64,000 nt of DNA from Candidatus Thorarchaeota archaeon (GTDB taxonomy: Archaea > Asgardarchaeota > Thorarchaeia > Thorarchaeales > Thorarchaeaceae): positions 39,596 through 103,595 of the forward strand of contig SDNP01000004.1 in the NCBI GenBank assembly GCA_004524445.1. Reading direction: 5' to 3'. Made by a program: the position numbers and the translations under genes. Below, one piece after another: positions 29,491 through 39,318 of the stretch. Numbering within the stretch: the stretch's first letter is position 1; each line of letters opens with the position of its first letter. The notes under the pieces were generated by a model. The model worked only from the letters and a program-made list of their open reading frames with translations. It did not search any database and was not told where the DNA came from.

Positions 29491-32400
29491 TTCTTTGCGG
29501 CTGGTGATCATCTTAGGACCGATGACATCTCGATAGAGATTCAAATACGACTGGTCGCGTGAAACTATGAATAGCTGGTCCTCTTGCAAAGCACCGCCAA
29601 GAAGGATTTCTCGACTGTCAATCACAGCAAGTGCCATTGGGACAGACGTCTGCCAGATTCTCCAACCCTTGAGTACATCCAGTTCTGGAGATGGTTCGTC
29701 GCTTTCGGGGACAACCAATATCCTACGACCGGGCTCCTTAATTCTAGAGAGTTTCTTGAGATCAAGACAATCGGTCGAGAATACAGAAAGAAGCACCGAG
29801 TTTTCTGCTCTATTTGCCATGTCCTGCATATGAGCACATGCCTCCTCCTCGCCAGAAATATACCAAGTATCTTTAGTAGGAATTAGAGCCAATTCCTTTC
29901 CTGCTTCATTAATGGCTTCGATTGAATTAACAGTATTCGTGCCAGCAGTTTTTGCCTTCTTAATAGCATCTTGCAGGCTAGTTCTGATTTTGGTTAGTGT
30001 CTGTTTCCTGCTGGCAGCCCAGTCTTTGAAATCAGCAGTCGATTCATTGCGAGTAGAGGTGAATTTCTCAGAACGTATCTCACGAAGATTGGATGTTGAT
30101 TCGGTCATATCAGCCATAGCTCCTTCTCCGGTCTTACTCAGATTGTCTATTTTTGCTGATACGCTGTTACGAATCTCCTCATTGATTCCATATGCCTTGC
30201 TACTGAATTCTGCTTTCAGGTCGAGTCCTATTGATTCAAATTTTCGAGCGGCTTTTTGGTTGGCAAGCATTACATTCTGTTGAGTATTTTCGAATAGAGT
30301 CCTCCTCGAACGGGTCATCTGTGCGACAATCCGCTTTAACAGACTCTCAAATTCTTCAGCGGTAGTATCAGCTAGAGCGGCGACCTCAACAAAGCCAGCC
30401 TTCATATCATCTTCAGCTTGCTCCACCTCTTCTCGAGCAGGACTAATTATCTCGATTAGGCTCTCTGAAACCAGTTGTGAAGTTGCTTCAGCAACATTTG
30501 CCAGTTCATCCATGGTCTGGTTTATTGATGCATCACTAGTGGAGCTGAAGTTATCAAGGGTTGCCCTTACCCGCCCCTCGTTCTTTGATAGCATATTCTG
30601 AACAATGGTTTCAAGTTGACCCGCCTGACTCTCTCCAAATTCGTTAAGAGACTCCAATGACTCATCTGCTGATTTCTGTAGTCCTTGCCGCATTACAGCA
30701 ATATCGCCATTGAGTTTTGTTGCCAACTCGTTTACAGAAGAGGATACATTCTTCGTTGTTTTGTTGATATAGGAGGAACTCGATTCGATTGCCTTTCTTG
30801 ACTCAACTTTTCTCTCATCGATTGATGAGAGAACTTCATCTCTAGCAGATTCATGGGCAGCTAAAACCTCTTCTTCTCTATCAGTAAGGCTTTGCTGGTA
30901 TTCGCCAATCTTCTCAGAAGTTGATTGAATAACTTCACCAGCAACATTATCCATTTTCTTGCTAGTATCTGAGAGCACCCGCTGCCAAGATTCTTGTTCC
31001 CCAGAAATGTACGAGTCTATTGTATTACGAACTCCTGTTGAATTTTTAGTCAGAATATCCTCAGTTTCCTGACCGAGAGAGGATAAGCGCCCAGAAACAT
31101 TATCTCTTGCACCAAGAACAGAAGTATGGAACTCCTTGGATACTTTGACTAAGTTGTCACCAAAGTGTCTGACAGTGGAAGCTTCCAGTTCAGCAAGTGA
31201 TTCTTCAGTTTCGCTGAGTCCTCCATTAATTTCTTGTAGAACCATCTCTGATGATTTGGAGATATCCTGTTTCTTCTCTGTCGTGAATTCGTCGAGCATT
31301 CTCCGCATTGCCGCCAAATTATCCTTAACCTTGTCAACACGTAGACCAACTTCGGAGGCGAATTCCTGTTGTAGTTTGATTGAATCTTCATCCAGACTTT
31401 CCATTTCGGATTTCAGGGAATTTTTGAACTCAGTATGAGCAGACGAAATCATGTTTCTTGCCTCAACAGCTTGGCTCGACAGAAGTCCATTGAATGTCGA
31501 TTCGATGCTTTGAGTCAATGATATGAACTGACGAGTGATATCCTCTAATTGAATATGGAGCTCCCCGCGCATTTCCTCAGCGTGACTATCTATTCTCGAA
31601 ACTTGTTCACTGATTGTTTGATCAACTTCCTTCTGGACTCGGGCATAATGTGAATCTATTGTTGAAACGCTTTCAGCCAGACGTTCATTCAGCTTGGCGT
31701 TAAGCATATCGTATACAGTTTCAGCCTTCCCAACTTGTTTTTGAGCGGAAGTTAGATATTCTTGCGTTATCTCATCCAATACGGAGTTTATACTAGTTTC
31801 GTATTCATTGGTAGAAACTTCGATTTTAGATAGGATCGCCTCGTTCCTAGTGGCAGTCGATGAACGAACACCAGAAAATGATGATTTTACTCGATTCGTG
31901 AAACTCTCAGCTAGCTTGCCCAATTCATTCGATTCATTCTCGAGAACGCTACTGATTTCTTTTGTGGCGCCCTGTACTTTTTTATCAATATTTCTGCCTG
32001 CTTTGGAGCCCCATTTCTCAAGGTCCGCATCAAGCTTCTTGCTTGTTTGTTCCAACCTGACGGTTTGAGCCTCAGCCTGTTTGTTGAGAAGGCCTGCGAC
32101 ATTAGAACGTGCCTCATTGATGAAAAGCTCTGTGTTGCTAGAAATCCCTCTTGCCATCGAGCGCAGTTCTGTATGTTCCTCTGTTGTTGTTGCACTCACT
32201 CGGTCAAGGTGACCGCTGATGATACTTCTCATAACTTCATGGAAGCTATTTTGACCATTGGCAAGTTGATCAAGCTGAGATCTCATCGATTGCTGCGTTG
32301 TTTCCACTTGCGATGTGACCTCTTCTTTCCATGCGTCAATTCCTTCATCTGTGTCCACAGTAGTGGCAATGGCGGATTCAATTCTCTTCTTGGTAAGATC

Positions 32401-33378
32401 TGCATGCCTTCTATTGAATTCCCTAGCTGTGCTAATCACTTCTTCGAGCGATGCTTGAGCTTCAATGGATGCTTGAGAGAGGTCAGTTTCAGCTTCAGTA
32501 GTCTTGCTTTTGAGATTCTCGGAGAGAAGCATTAGTATCTCTGAAATTTCGTTGGAGGTTTCGAGAGCGTGGGCGTCCATTTTGGATTGGATTTCTTCGG
32601 TAGTGGATCTGAGGGAGGCTAACGTTTCAGAAGTTGCTTTGATAACAGCATTCTTGGCGGCATTAATGAATGCATCAGTTCTTTTCTTCAACTCAGCGAC
32701 AGATGTCTTCACTTCTTTCTGATCATGTTCTAGGGATTGGTCATATTCTTTGGCAAGGGCATCATTTTGTTCCTTTAGCTGATTTTGAGTGGCATCGAGC
32801 TCGGCATGCAGTTCAGCCAAATCAGTACCAATAGTCTCTTCAAGTCCTTCATCCAGACCGGAAAGAATCTTTGACAATTCTTCGTTGTATTCATTCAGGG
32901 TTTTGTTGGTCGATGAAACAACAGCATCGACTGTGCTCTTCAGTTTATGGAGAATACCTTCTTCATAATCAGTATAGATGCCCTGCAATTCACTATCCGC
33001 TGCCTCGTAAGAATCTAAGAGGCTCTCTACCATTTGGTCGGTCTTTTCAGCATGAGATTTCAACTCCTCTGTCTTTGATACAGAGATTTCTTCTAGTTGT
33101 GTAATCAATGTTGAAACCGACTCTGAGATCGCTGTAAGTGGGAGGATTGCCCGATAGATCGTGACTACTCCCTCTATTGGTTCAACAAGCCCTTTCTTTT
33201 CCAACCGTTTCAAGGCTCGTTCGACCTTGTCCAGACCCTCATTCAAAATAAGAGCCACTCCGCCTGCGGTCATGTTCCCTCCTCTTATTACTGGGAGGAG
33301 CACCAAGGCTTCAGTTTTTGACAGTCCTAAATTTTCCTTCAATACCGGAATTGCACGAATACTTTTGCTTTTGCTCAA
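29479..33378 (-). CDS. TrmB-like wHTH + about 1100-aa helical/coiled-coil region + TrmB effector-like C-terminal domain
   Basis: N-terminal LGLSKTEA...LKRLEKKGLVE...YRAILP; C-terminal WYISGEE...RAENSVLLS and AVIDSREILLG; no Walker motifs. Confidence 0.75.
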   Translation of the reverse strand: MSKSKSIRAIPVLKENLGLSKTEALVLLPVIRGGNMTAGGVALILNEGLDKVERALKRLEKKGLVEPIEGVVTIYRAILPLTAISESVSTLITQLEEISVSKTEELKSHAEKTDQMVESLLDSYEAADSELQGIYTDYEEGILHKLKSTVDAVVSSTNKTLNEYNEELSKILSGLDEGLEETIGTDLAELHAELDATQNQLKEQNDALAKEYDQSLEHDQKEVKTSVAELKKRTDAFINAAKNAVIKATSETLASLRSTTEEIQSKMDAHALETSNEISEILMLLSENLKSKTTEAETDLSQASIEAQASLEEVISTAREFNRRHADLTKKRIESAIATTVDTDEGIDAWKEEVTSQVETTQQSMRSQLDQLANGQNSFHEVMRSIISGHLDRVSATTTEEHTELRSMARGISSNTELFINEARSNVAGLLNKQAEAQTVRLEQTSKKLDADLEKWGSKAGRNIDKKVQGATKEISSVLENESNELGKLAESFTNRVKSSFSGVRSSTATRNEAILSKIEVSTNEYETSINSVLDEITQEYLTSAQKQVGKAETVYDMLNAKLNERLAESVSTIDSHYARVQKEVDQTISEQVSRIDSHAEEMRGELHIQLEDITRQFISLTQSIESTFNGLLSSQAVEARNMISSAHTEFKNSLKSEMESLDEDSIKLQQEFASEVGLRVDKVKDNLAAMRRMLDEFTTEKKQDISKSSEMVLQEINGGLSETEESLAELEASTVRHFGDNLVKVSKEFHTSVLGARDNVSGRLSSLGQETEDILTKNSTGVRNTIDSYISGEQESWQRVLSDTSKKMDNVAGEVIQSTSEKIGEYQQSLTDREEEVLAAHESARDEVLSSIDERKVESRKAIESSSSYINKTTKNVSSSVNELATKLNGDIAVMRQGLQKSADESLESLNEFGESQAGQLETIVQNMLSKNEGRVRATLDNFSSTSDASINQTMDELANVAEATSQLVSESLIEIISPAREEVEQAEDDMKAGFVEVAALADTTAEEFESLLKRIVAQMTRSRRTLFENTQQNVMLANQKAARKFESIGLDLKAEFSSKAYGINEEIRNSVSAKIDNLSKTGEGAMADMTESTSNLREIRSEKFTSTRNESTADFKDWAASRKQTLTKIRTSLQDAIKKAKTAGTNTVNSIEAINEAGKELALIPTKDTWYISGEEEACAHMQDMANRAENSVLLSVFSTDCLDLKKLSRIKEPGRRILVVPESDEPSPELDVLKGWRIWQTSVPMALAVIDSREILLGGALQEDQLFIVSRDQSYLNLYRDVIGPKMITSRKELKT

Positions 33379-33418
33379 ATCGAATCTACCGCCTATTTCC
33401 GAGATAACTCCCAGACTT

Positions 33419-34225
33419 TTAGGTTTGCTCTACAAGACCTGCAACCAACTCAAATAGATTTTTCAGTGAAGATATCTTCACAGGAGGCTGAATGTTGTCA
33501 ACAACAGCCTCAACCTCTACAATCAATGAATCCTTCTCGCTCTTGGCAATGGCAACTTCAAACAGACGAGAAATATTCTTCTTAAGAGGACCTATTTCTT
33601 CTTTGGAGAACGTCCCTTTAGCTTCTATAGTAAGAATCCACCAATTCGTGGTTAAGTCACTCACTCTGGCGTCCAGATTGAACCACTTTGAAAAGAGATT
33701 GGAATATAGCTTGAACGCATTGAAATCCAAAATAGCTTCATTTAGCGGGTTGATCAACACGATGCCTCTTTCGAAATCAAAATGGAAAATATTGCCATTC
33801 CCAGCGACCAACATTACATTATTCTCGTTGACTTTGGAATAGTTTTCCCACTCCTTCTTGAACTTGGAATTGAAGTGCCTAATCGAGCTTACTCTTAGTG
33901 TCGATAACAGGTCCTTAATGGGGAGTCTCTTATCTTTCATAACCCGACCCCTCTGGTCCAAAATATACCGACGTACTTGGTCGAGGTACTGCGAATAGCA
34001 GAACTTGGGTAGGTTCTGGGGTTCAACCCCTAGCTCGATTAATACATTTAGGAAGTTCCGATCTTTACAAGCTGGACGGACAGTACAGCTCAGACGATCC
34101 TCCTGGCATGCCTGGCACTTGACAGAGTACAACTCCATCATATCTTTGGCCAATTCGCTATCAGCTTCGATATTCAGAATATCTATCCGTTCAGCCAAAT
34201 CACCCTTATGTTCAACAATTCTCAT
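33419..34225 (-). CDS. Hypothetical protein with N-terminal Cys cluster
   Basis: CQAC-x6-C-x5-C and FCYSQY; same strand, directly upstream of the TrmB-coiled-coil gene. Confidence 0.8.
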   Translation of the reverse strand: MRIVEHKGDLAERIDILNIEADSELAKDMMELYSVKCQACQEDRLSCTVRPACKDRNFLNVLIELGVEPQNLPKFCYSQYLDQVRRYILDQRGRVMKDKRLPIKDLLSTLRVSSIRHFNSKFKKEWENYSKVNENNVMLVAGNGNIFHFDFERGIVLINPLNEAILDFNAFKLYSNLFSKWFNLDARVSDLTTNWWILTIEAKGTFSKEEIGPLKKNISRLFEVAIAKSEKDSLIVEVEAVVDNIQPPVKISSLKNLFELVAGLVEQT

Positions 34226-34386
34226 ACCAGACTCATCTCCTAATTAGACTACTTCAGGGATTCTGTGTTTTTTCAGAACTATACTTGATAGAATGACCAC
34301 TGATTGCAGTCGAATCAATTTTGGAGATTTACTATGATAAACCTATGGAAGTCGGACCCGCAAAAAATCCAGTTCTAAAGAGGAAA

Positions 34387-35475
34387 CTAGCCCTTCTGCA
34401 GCTTTTTAGACCAGTCGCGAAGATCCTTGTTGAGTCGTGCAATATCATTTTCATTCAAGGTAGCAGTTGGCGGATATGACTTCAGCTCACGCGCGCGCTT
34501 TCCAAACTGAAATAAAACGGGGGTATGACCCTCAATTAATGTCGTTAGCTTATCCCTAACCTGCTCAAGAGCCCTTGCCATTTCCTTTGCTTCAGTTTTT
34601 GGATTTACCAGATTCTTCAAGTTTGCCATCAATCCATCAATATCTGAGGGTAGTTCGTCGGGCCTGGGTGATTCCGATTCACCATTCTCTTCAGAAGAAG
34701 TCTTTTTTTGCACAGGTTTCTTCTTTGATGCCGTGGAATCATTGTGTGCTTCATCCAATTTGTCGAGAGCGTCCGATAAGTCCTCAATAGTCTTGTTGTA
34801 TTTTCTTTCTATATCGTCAAGCTGACGGACGATTATGCTCACTATTTCTTTGGTTTCGGAAAATGATACGGACATCTCATCTAGGCGCTCTTCAAGAACA
34901 GATAGACCAGCAACATACTGCTGCATATCTTCAATCTTCTTTTCCAAGACATCCAGTTTCTGGGTTTTAATCTCGTTGATTCCTTCGTCAACGGATTCCA
35001 TTTTCTTTAGCAGACTATCTGTCTTCTTCTCAAGTTCGTCACTCTCGCTCGCTTCAGCAAGTGCGTTCATATCTGCCTTCAAGTCATTCACTGCTATCAG
35101 GACATCATCAATTTTCTTGAACATAACCTCAGTTTCTTTGGCATCCAGAATTTTTGAAACCTCTTTATCAAGTGCCTCCAAATTCTTTGAGAGTCCATCA
35201 ACCTTCTTGTCAATGGCATCCATTCCTTTTGAAGTGTCAGATTCATCTATTGCCTTCTCAAGACCGTCAACAGACTTCAGCAAATCATCGACCTTGGATA
35301 CAGATTCCATCTGTGAAGAAACAGCTTCTATCTTATCTTCCATGGAGCTGACTTTTTCATCAATGTCGGAAAGAGTCGAGAGAGGTTCCAATGCGTCTTT
35401 CATCTCTGCAACTTCCTTACCGAGATTGTCAATCTTTTCATCGAGTTCGGAGATTTTTTTACTCTCGCCTGACAT
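34387..35475 (-). CDS. Coiled-coil protein with C-terminal helical domain
   Basis: Heptad-rich first 240 aa (repeating KKxD units), disordered linker, folded C-terminal bundle; GGGGAG SD. Confidence 0.85.
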   Translation of the reverse strand: MSGESKKISELDEKIDNLGKEVAEMKDALEPLSTLSDIDEKVSSMEDKIEAVSSQMESVSKVDDLLKSVDGLEKAIDESDTSKGMDAIDKKVDGLSKNLEALDKEVSKILDAKETEVMFKKIDDVLIAVNDLKADMNALAEASESDELEKKTDSLLKKMESVDEGINEIKTQKLDVLEKKIEDMQQYVAGLSVLEERLDEMSVSFSETKEIVSIIVRQLDDIERKYNKTIEDLSDALDKLDEAHNDSTASKKKPVQKKTSSEENGESESPRPDELPSDIDGLMANLKNLVNPKTEAKEMARALEQVRDKLTTLIEGHTPVLFQFGKRARELKSYPPTATLNENDIARLNKDLRDWSKKLQKG

Positions 35476-35567
35476 ATGCTCCCCTACTGTGGCGCTGTTG
35501 GTTATTTGTGAAAGTGAACAAGTTATTTAGGCTTTCGGGGGTGTGTTCCTTCCTTTAATCCGTATTT

Positions 35568-36392
35568 TCAAACGTCTCTTGCACGTATTATTTCTATGTC
35601 GAATTTCTCGAGAAGGGGGAGAATATTATTACGCTGTGAGGATTTGGTGCCTTTCCAATCGATAATAGCTGACTCAATAGTTTCAAGTGACCTACCTATC
35701 ATTTGCTTTGCGACTTCTTCAGTCATATTTTCCAGGGCATATTTTGGAGCCATGTGGCCGAATATTGCTTCGCCCCCTAACACCATTTTATTGAATTTGC
35801 TGACATAATGAGTCCCCCCAATTCCTATAGAAGCAGTCTTGGAGAAGGGTTCGCCACTGCAATCAACTGCGGCTTTTGCTACGGCGCTGGCTCCGCCTCT
35901 ATGTTTCCAGTATGTTTCATCACTTCCAAGTTCTACGAACACCAGAGGAGTGCTCATCGATGTAGGACCATGATGAGTAGCTTCCATAGACACGTCAAAT
36001 TCAGCCAAGTCATTGTCTTCTTGAGCGTCGTTGAGGGACTTGAGGGCTCTTGACACGAGGCTTGCAGCAGAAATCGATAACGTTGATGGTTCGCCGCCAA
36101 ATCTTGCCTCTGAGCCGAGATTACCCGTGCTATGTGTTAGGAGGGCTGGCTTTCCAGATTTTGACCGATGTCTGGAACAGAAGATATACGCCTCTGCTTC
36201 GAAATGTTTGTCAAGATGATTTGTAAGAATCAAATCACGGGCACTGGTTACTAGCTTGGTATGTTTGTTCATAGCCCATATAGGATTGCTATCGAATGTT
36301 TCTCCTGTTTCCTCGAATCCAAACTCCTCTATGAGTATTTTCCGAATTGTAAGACTTGCGATATCCTTCTCAGAAGTGACGAGAACTCTCAA
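35568..36392 (-). CDS. dtdA: D-aminoacyl-tRNA deacylase (archaeal DTD2)
   Basis: SRHRS...LLTHSTGN, EATHHGP, FVELGS, GGTHY; TTG start overlaps the upstream TGA, with GAGGTG SD. Confidence 0.93.
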   Translation of the reverse strand: MRVLVTSEKDIASLTIRKILIEEFGFEETGETFDSNPIWAMNKHTKLVTSARDLILTNHLDKHFEAEAYIFCSRHRSKSGKPALLTHSTGNLGSEARFGGEPSTLSISAASLVSRALKSLNDAQEDNDLAEFDVSMEATHHGPTSMSTPLVFVELGSDETYWKHRGGASAVAKAAVDCSGEPFSKTASIGIGGTHYVSKFNKMVLGGEAIFGHMAPKYALENMTEEVAKQMIGRSLETIESAIIDWKGTKSSQRNNILPLLEKFDIEIIRARDV

Positions 36393-37645
36393 GAAGGCAC
36401 CTCTTTCGCCTTCGTGCGACATTTCGCCAGAAGAGGCTCCAGTCCATGGTCTTCTATCTCAATGTGAACTCTCTCATCAAATGCCTTCTTGATTTCTATC
36501 TCAATTCTTCGCTTAAAGACTTCGATTTTCTCCATCTGACGTTCGATGTCATCCGCAATTCTCAACAAGTCATTCTTGTGATATTCCAGATTCTTCTTAG
36601 CTTCGTTCACTTCTTCCTGGAGTTTCTCATCACGCCTGTACACATCTGATTCAGCATATTCCCGACGTTTTTTCTCAATTTCTTTTGCTTGCTGCTGCAA
36701 GTCCAGGAGCATGCCATCTCGGATTGCCTCAATTTCCTCGACTGCTCTTCGGGCTAAACGATCCTTTATCTTCAGTGTATCCTTCTCAACTGCCTTCTCT
36801 ACTCCAGCAAGACCCTCAAGAAGCGCGGGATGTCCATCAGGCTCTTCAACTATTGCCGTGTAGGGCTCCTCCCAGTAGTCATTGAGCGCCTTCTGACCCG
36901 AGGGCCCGACCATGACCCCTGTATCTTGTTGTGTAAATTTCTTCACAGGCTTTCTGAGTGTATTCAGTTTCATCTTCAAGACAACTGCAACATGGTCAGC
37001 ATCCTCATCCAAATTCAAGAGATCTGAAACATTAGACTTCTCTTTGAAGTCAACATATGTCTGCTTTGATCCGTCATACTCTTTACGAGCCTGTTCCATC
37101 TTCATGGTTACTTGTCTAATCTGTTCTTCAAATTGCTCTTTGCCATAAGTCAGGTCTTTCAGCGTATCGATCCTTGAGCCAATTCTTTCGAGGTCTTTGA
37201 CCCATGAATACTCGAAGAGCAGCTTGCTGAGATTCTTCATCTCATTAGCTAGTTCCTTCATGTAGACGTCTAGTTGTTTGATGGTACCCTTGTGACGTTT
37301 ATCCATCCTTTTTATCCATCTAGCTCCCGCCCCCCATAGTTCTTGGATGAAATCCTGAATCTCTTCCTGCATCTCTTCTGTGCTTTCGTAGGTTATGTCG
37401 CTTTTTACTTCAAAATCATCAACAGTTTCCCGAATCTTGAGAGCAAATCGGGTTGCAATTCCTAGTGCTTCTTCGTCGTCTTCTTCGCTCTCATCTCTTA
37501 GCTGTGTGGCTATTGAATCGACATCTCGAAGTGACCGCTCAACCGATTTATAGCTCTTTTCGGCTTCCTTAATGAAGTCCTTAGACTCATCTTGCAGGCG
37601 GTTCCGATACCATTCTTCGAGTTCAGGGATTGTTAATTTCTTCAT
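36389..37645 (-). CDS. Coiled-coil hypothetical protein (418 aa)
   Basis: E/K-rich helical sequence, no NTPase motifs; translationally coupled to dtdA. Confidence 0.85.
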   Translation of the reverse strand: MKKLTIPELEEWYRNRLQDESKDFIKEAEKSYKSVERSLRDVDSIATQLRDESEEDDEEALGIATRFALKIRETVDDFEVKSDITYESTEEMQEEIQDFIQELWGAGARWIKRMDKRHKGTIKQLDVYMKELANEMKNLSKLLFEYSWVKDLERIGSRIDTLKDLTYGKEQFEEQIRQVTMKMEQARKEYDGSKQTYVDFKEKSNVSDLLNLDEDADHVAVVLKMKLNTLRKPVKKFTQQDTGVMVGPSGQKALNDYWEEPYTAIVEEPDGHPALLEGLAGVEKAVEKDTLKIKDRLARRAVEEIEAIRDGMLLDLQQQAKEIEKKRREYAESDVYRRDEKLQEEVNEAKKNLEYHKNDLLRIADDIERQMEKIEVFKRRIEIEIKKAFDERVHIEIEDHGLEPLLAKCRTKAKEVPS

Positions 37646-37753
37646 TGCACAGAAGCACCCACTCTATAGCCAGAATTCCGTGAGCACTTTATCAACTTTA
37701 TGAAACAAGAGTGAATATACTACTGCAACCAACTCTTGGTTCAGAGCCCATTC

Positions 37754-37760
37754 TTTATAT
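37754..37760 (+). promoter_or_regulatory. Putative TATA box for the candidate selenoprotein gene
   Basis: TTTATAT about 45 nt upstream of GTG 37805. Confidence 0.45.
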
Positions 37761-37804
37761 CAGATGATGAGTGACCATGACTTAGCATTGGACAAGTGGT
37801 CATT

Positions 37805-38611
37805 GTGGCAGAAATCTTGGAAACTGGGAATCGAGCTCCCAGGCTTGACATGGCATATGCCGTAGAGTGTGCCTCATGAGGAGAAGGTCGCTATGGCCTG
37901 TATCTCAAAAGGCTCAGTCTGATTGACCCTGACAAAAACGACCGACTGGTATTGAGGAATCCTGCAAACTACAAGTCTGGTTTCTGGACCTCCTTCAAAA
38001 CTGATCGTGGAACGTGCTATACGGCATCCACGGAGCCCAAAGAGCTCATGAAGGTCGAATCAAAGACTGAAAAGGACGGTTTGCTTCGTGTTGTCCTTAA
38101 TCATACACCTGAAGGCGAAAACCAAGCGGTGCTGCAATTCAAGCATACCCTTTGGAGCAAAAACAAGCCATATCTGCTATGGCGTTTTAGTACGAAAAAC
38201 GTCAGTAATAGCAAGGTGAGTGATCTGAGAGTGTATGCTCTTATGGACTTTGATGTTGGGGGACCAACCAGCTACAAAGATGACATAGCACAATACGATA
38301 CCAATAATCATGTGATGGTCGTGTTTGACGATAATCCCGTGGCTGTTGCTATGACGTCAAGAACTGAGCCTCATTGTTGGGGAATAAAATCTCCTATCAA
38401 TCTCAAGATAACACAGGACTTACGCGACCTTCCAGGCAACACAGAAGAAGGGCCAAGAGACCTTGCAGTAGGCCTGCAATGGAATCTTGGTCATATTCCG
38501 CCAGACGAGAGCAGAGATATTGATTTGCTTTTGTCTATTGGATCCAGCCGTGAAGAGGCGATAGAGCTCATTCCAGACGGATTAGAACTATTCGATAAGA
38601 AATTGCGATGA
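37805..38611 (+). CDS. Candidate selenoprotein (268 aa; C22-A-S-U25) with a beta-sandwich (galactose-mutarotase/GH N-terminal-like) body
   Basis: GTG 37805 with GTGGT SD is in frame with the 37952 ORF; the only interruption is TGA 37877-37879, three codons after TGT (Cys). Confidence 0.65.
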
Positions 38612-38645
38612 TGCCAATTCGTAAAGCAAATGCAGAATTGGAGTA

Positions 38646-38752
38646 GCACAGGGCAGCACCCTGCACTCTTGTCGGAAAAAATCGTAGAAGAGGGACTGCA
38701 TGAGTACCCTCTTCACTGCGATTATGTACTAGAGCAATGAATCCCGTTGTGC
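38646..38752 (+). promoter_or_regulatory. Extended 3'-UTR stem-loop (candidate SECIS-like or other structured RNA)
   Basis: AATCGTAG/CTGCGATT, AAGAGGG/CCCTCTT and ACT/AGT nested stems (38680-38723), extendable by CTCT/AGAG and GCACA/TGTGC. Confidence 0.45.
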
Positions 38753-38763
38753 CATGTTTCACA

Positions 38764-39195
38764 CTAGAGAGTTTCCGTAGAGTCCAATTCGTTCACTACT
38801 AGTCTTGCAACTTCTGTGTACTCTGCGGGACATCCACGATTATCTGCATTGCCACCTTGCAAGAGTTCTAAATCAACTAAGACTCTCATATTCCATTTCA
38901 CTGTGCTATATGGGATGCCAGTCTTCGTTGACACTTGATCGGCCAACGCAGTCAATGTCATGTCTTGCTCACACCAATGCAGCGTATGCACGCAACCCCG
39001 CAGAACCTCTTTCTGAGTCTCAGATAGCTTATACGCTGCCAGAGAAAGATATGCAGAGAGCAATCCTCTGAAAGAAGGCAAATTCGAACCTATATCGCAG
39101 TAGCGGCAGATATCACTGCCACTGGAGAACAGATTCACCTCGGGGAGTAATTTCATACTCACCTTGGGAGCTTGTGACCCGACATTGATGGGCAT
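38764..39195 (-). CDS. Winged-helix DNA-binding domain protein
   Basis: LTALADQVSTKTGIPYSTVKWNMRVLVDLELL HTH followed by a wing; start uncertain. Confidence 0.75.
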   Translation of the reverse strand: MPINVGSQAPKVSMKLLPEVNLFSSGSDICRYCDIGSNLPSFRGLLSAYLSLAAYKLSETQKEVLRGCVHTLHWCEQDMTLTALADQVSTKTGIPYSTVKWNMRVLVDLELLQGGNADNRGCPAEYTEVARLVVNELDSTETL

Positions 39196-39318
39196 CTAAT
39201 TCGTCGAATTTTGATTCAGTACCCATTTTGTTTTTTCACCTCTTTTTAATAGGGTCATAAGCTATTTTCAAAAACGTGCTTTTAAGGTTTTTCAGAAGAG
39301 TAAAAACCCGCTAGAATG

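Noticed and set aside
34387-34660. Vps28 C-terminal-like four-helix bundle (ESCRT-I)
   Set aside because: Only a faint pattern resemblance, and no other ESCRT genes are in the window.
34835-35530. 231-aa plus-strand ORF and the many other short antisense ORFs in the track
   Set aside because: Ser/Phe/Ile-rich shadows of E/K/D-rich genes on the opposite strand; no motifs.
29479-37645. SMC/Rad50 annotation for the coiled-coil proteins
   Set aside because: No Walker A/B, signature, hinge or zinc-hook motif in any of them.
37771-37803. 5' hairpin GTGACCA/TGGTCAT covering the SD of the CxxU gene
   Set aside because: Only 7 bp, and it probably begins upstream of the transcription start implied by the TATA box.
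38608-38645. Canonical eukaryote-type SECIS (ATGA-N-helix-AAA...GA)
   Set aside because: ATGA, a helix and AAA are present, but the ATGA includes the stop codon and the 3' GA is out of register for the quartet; kept only as a non-canonical candidate.
38609-38740. Second possible Sec read-through: the terminal TGA is followed by TGC (U-C) and about 42 open codons
   Set aside because: The extension runs through the strong hairpins and the protein already ends naturally (FDKKLR); without homolog support it is more simply the true stop.
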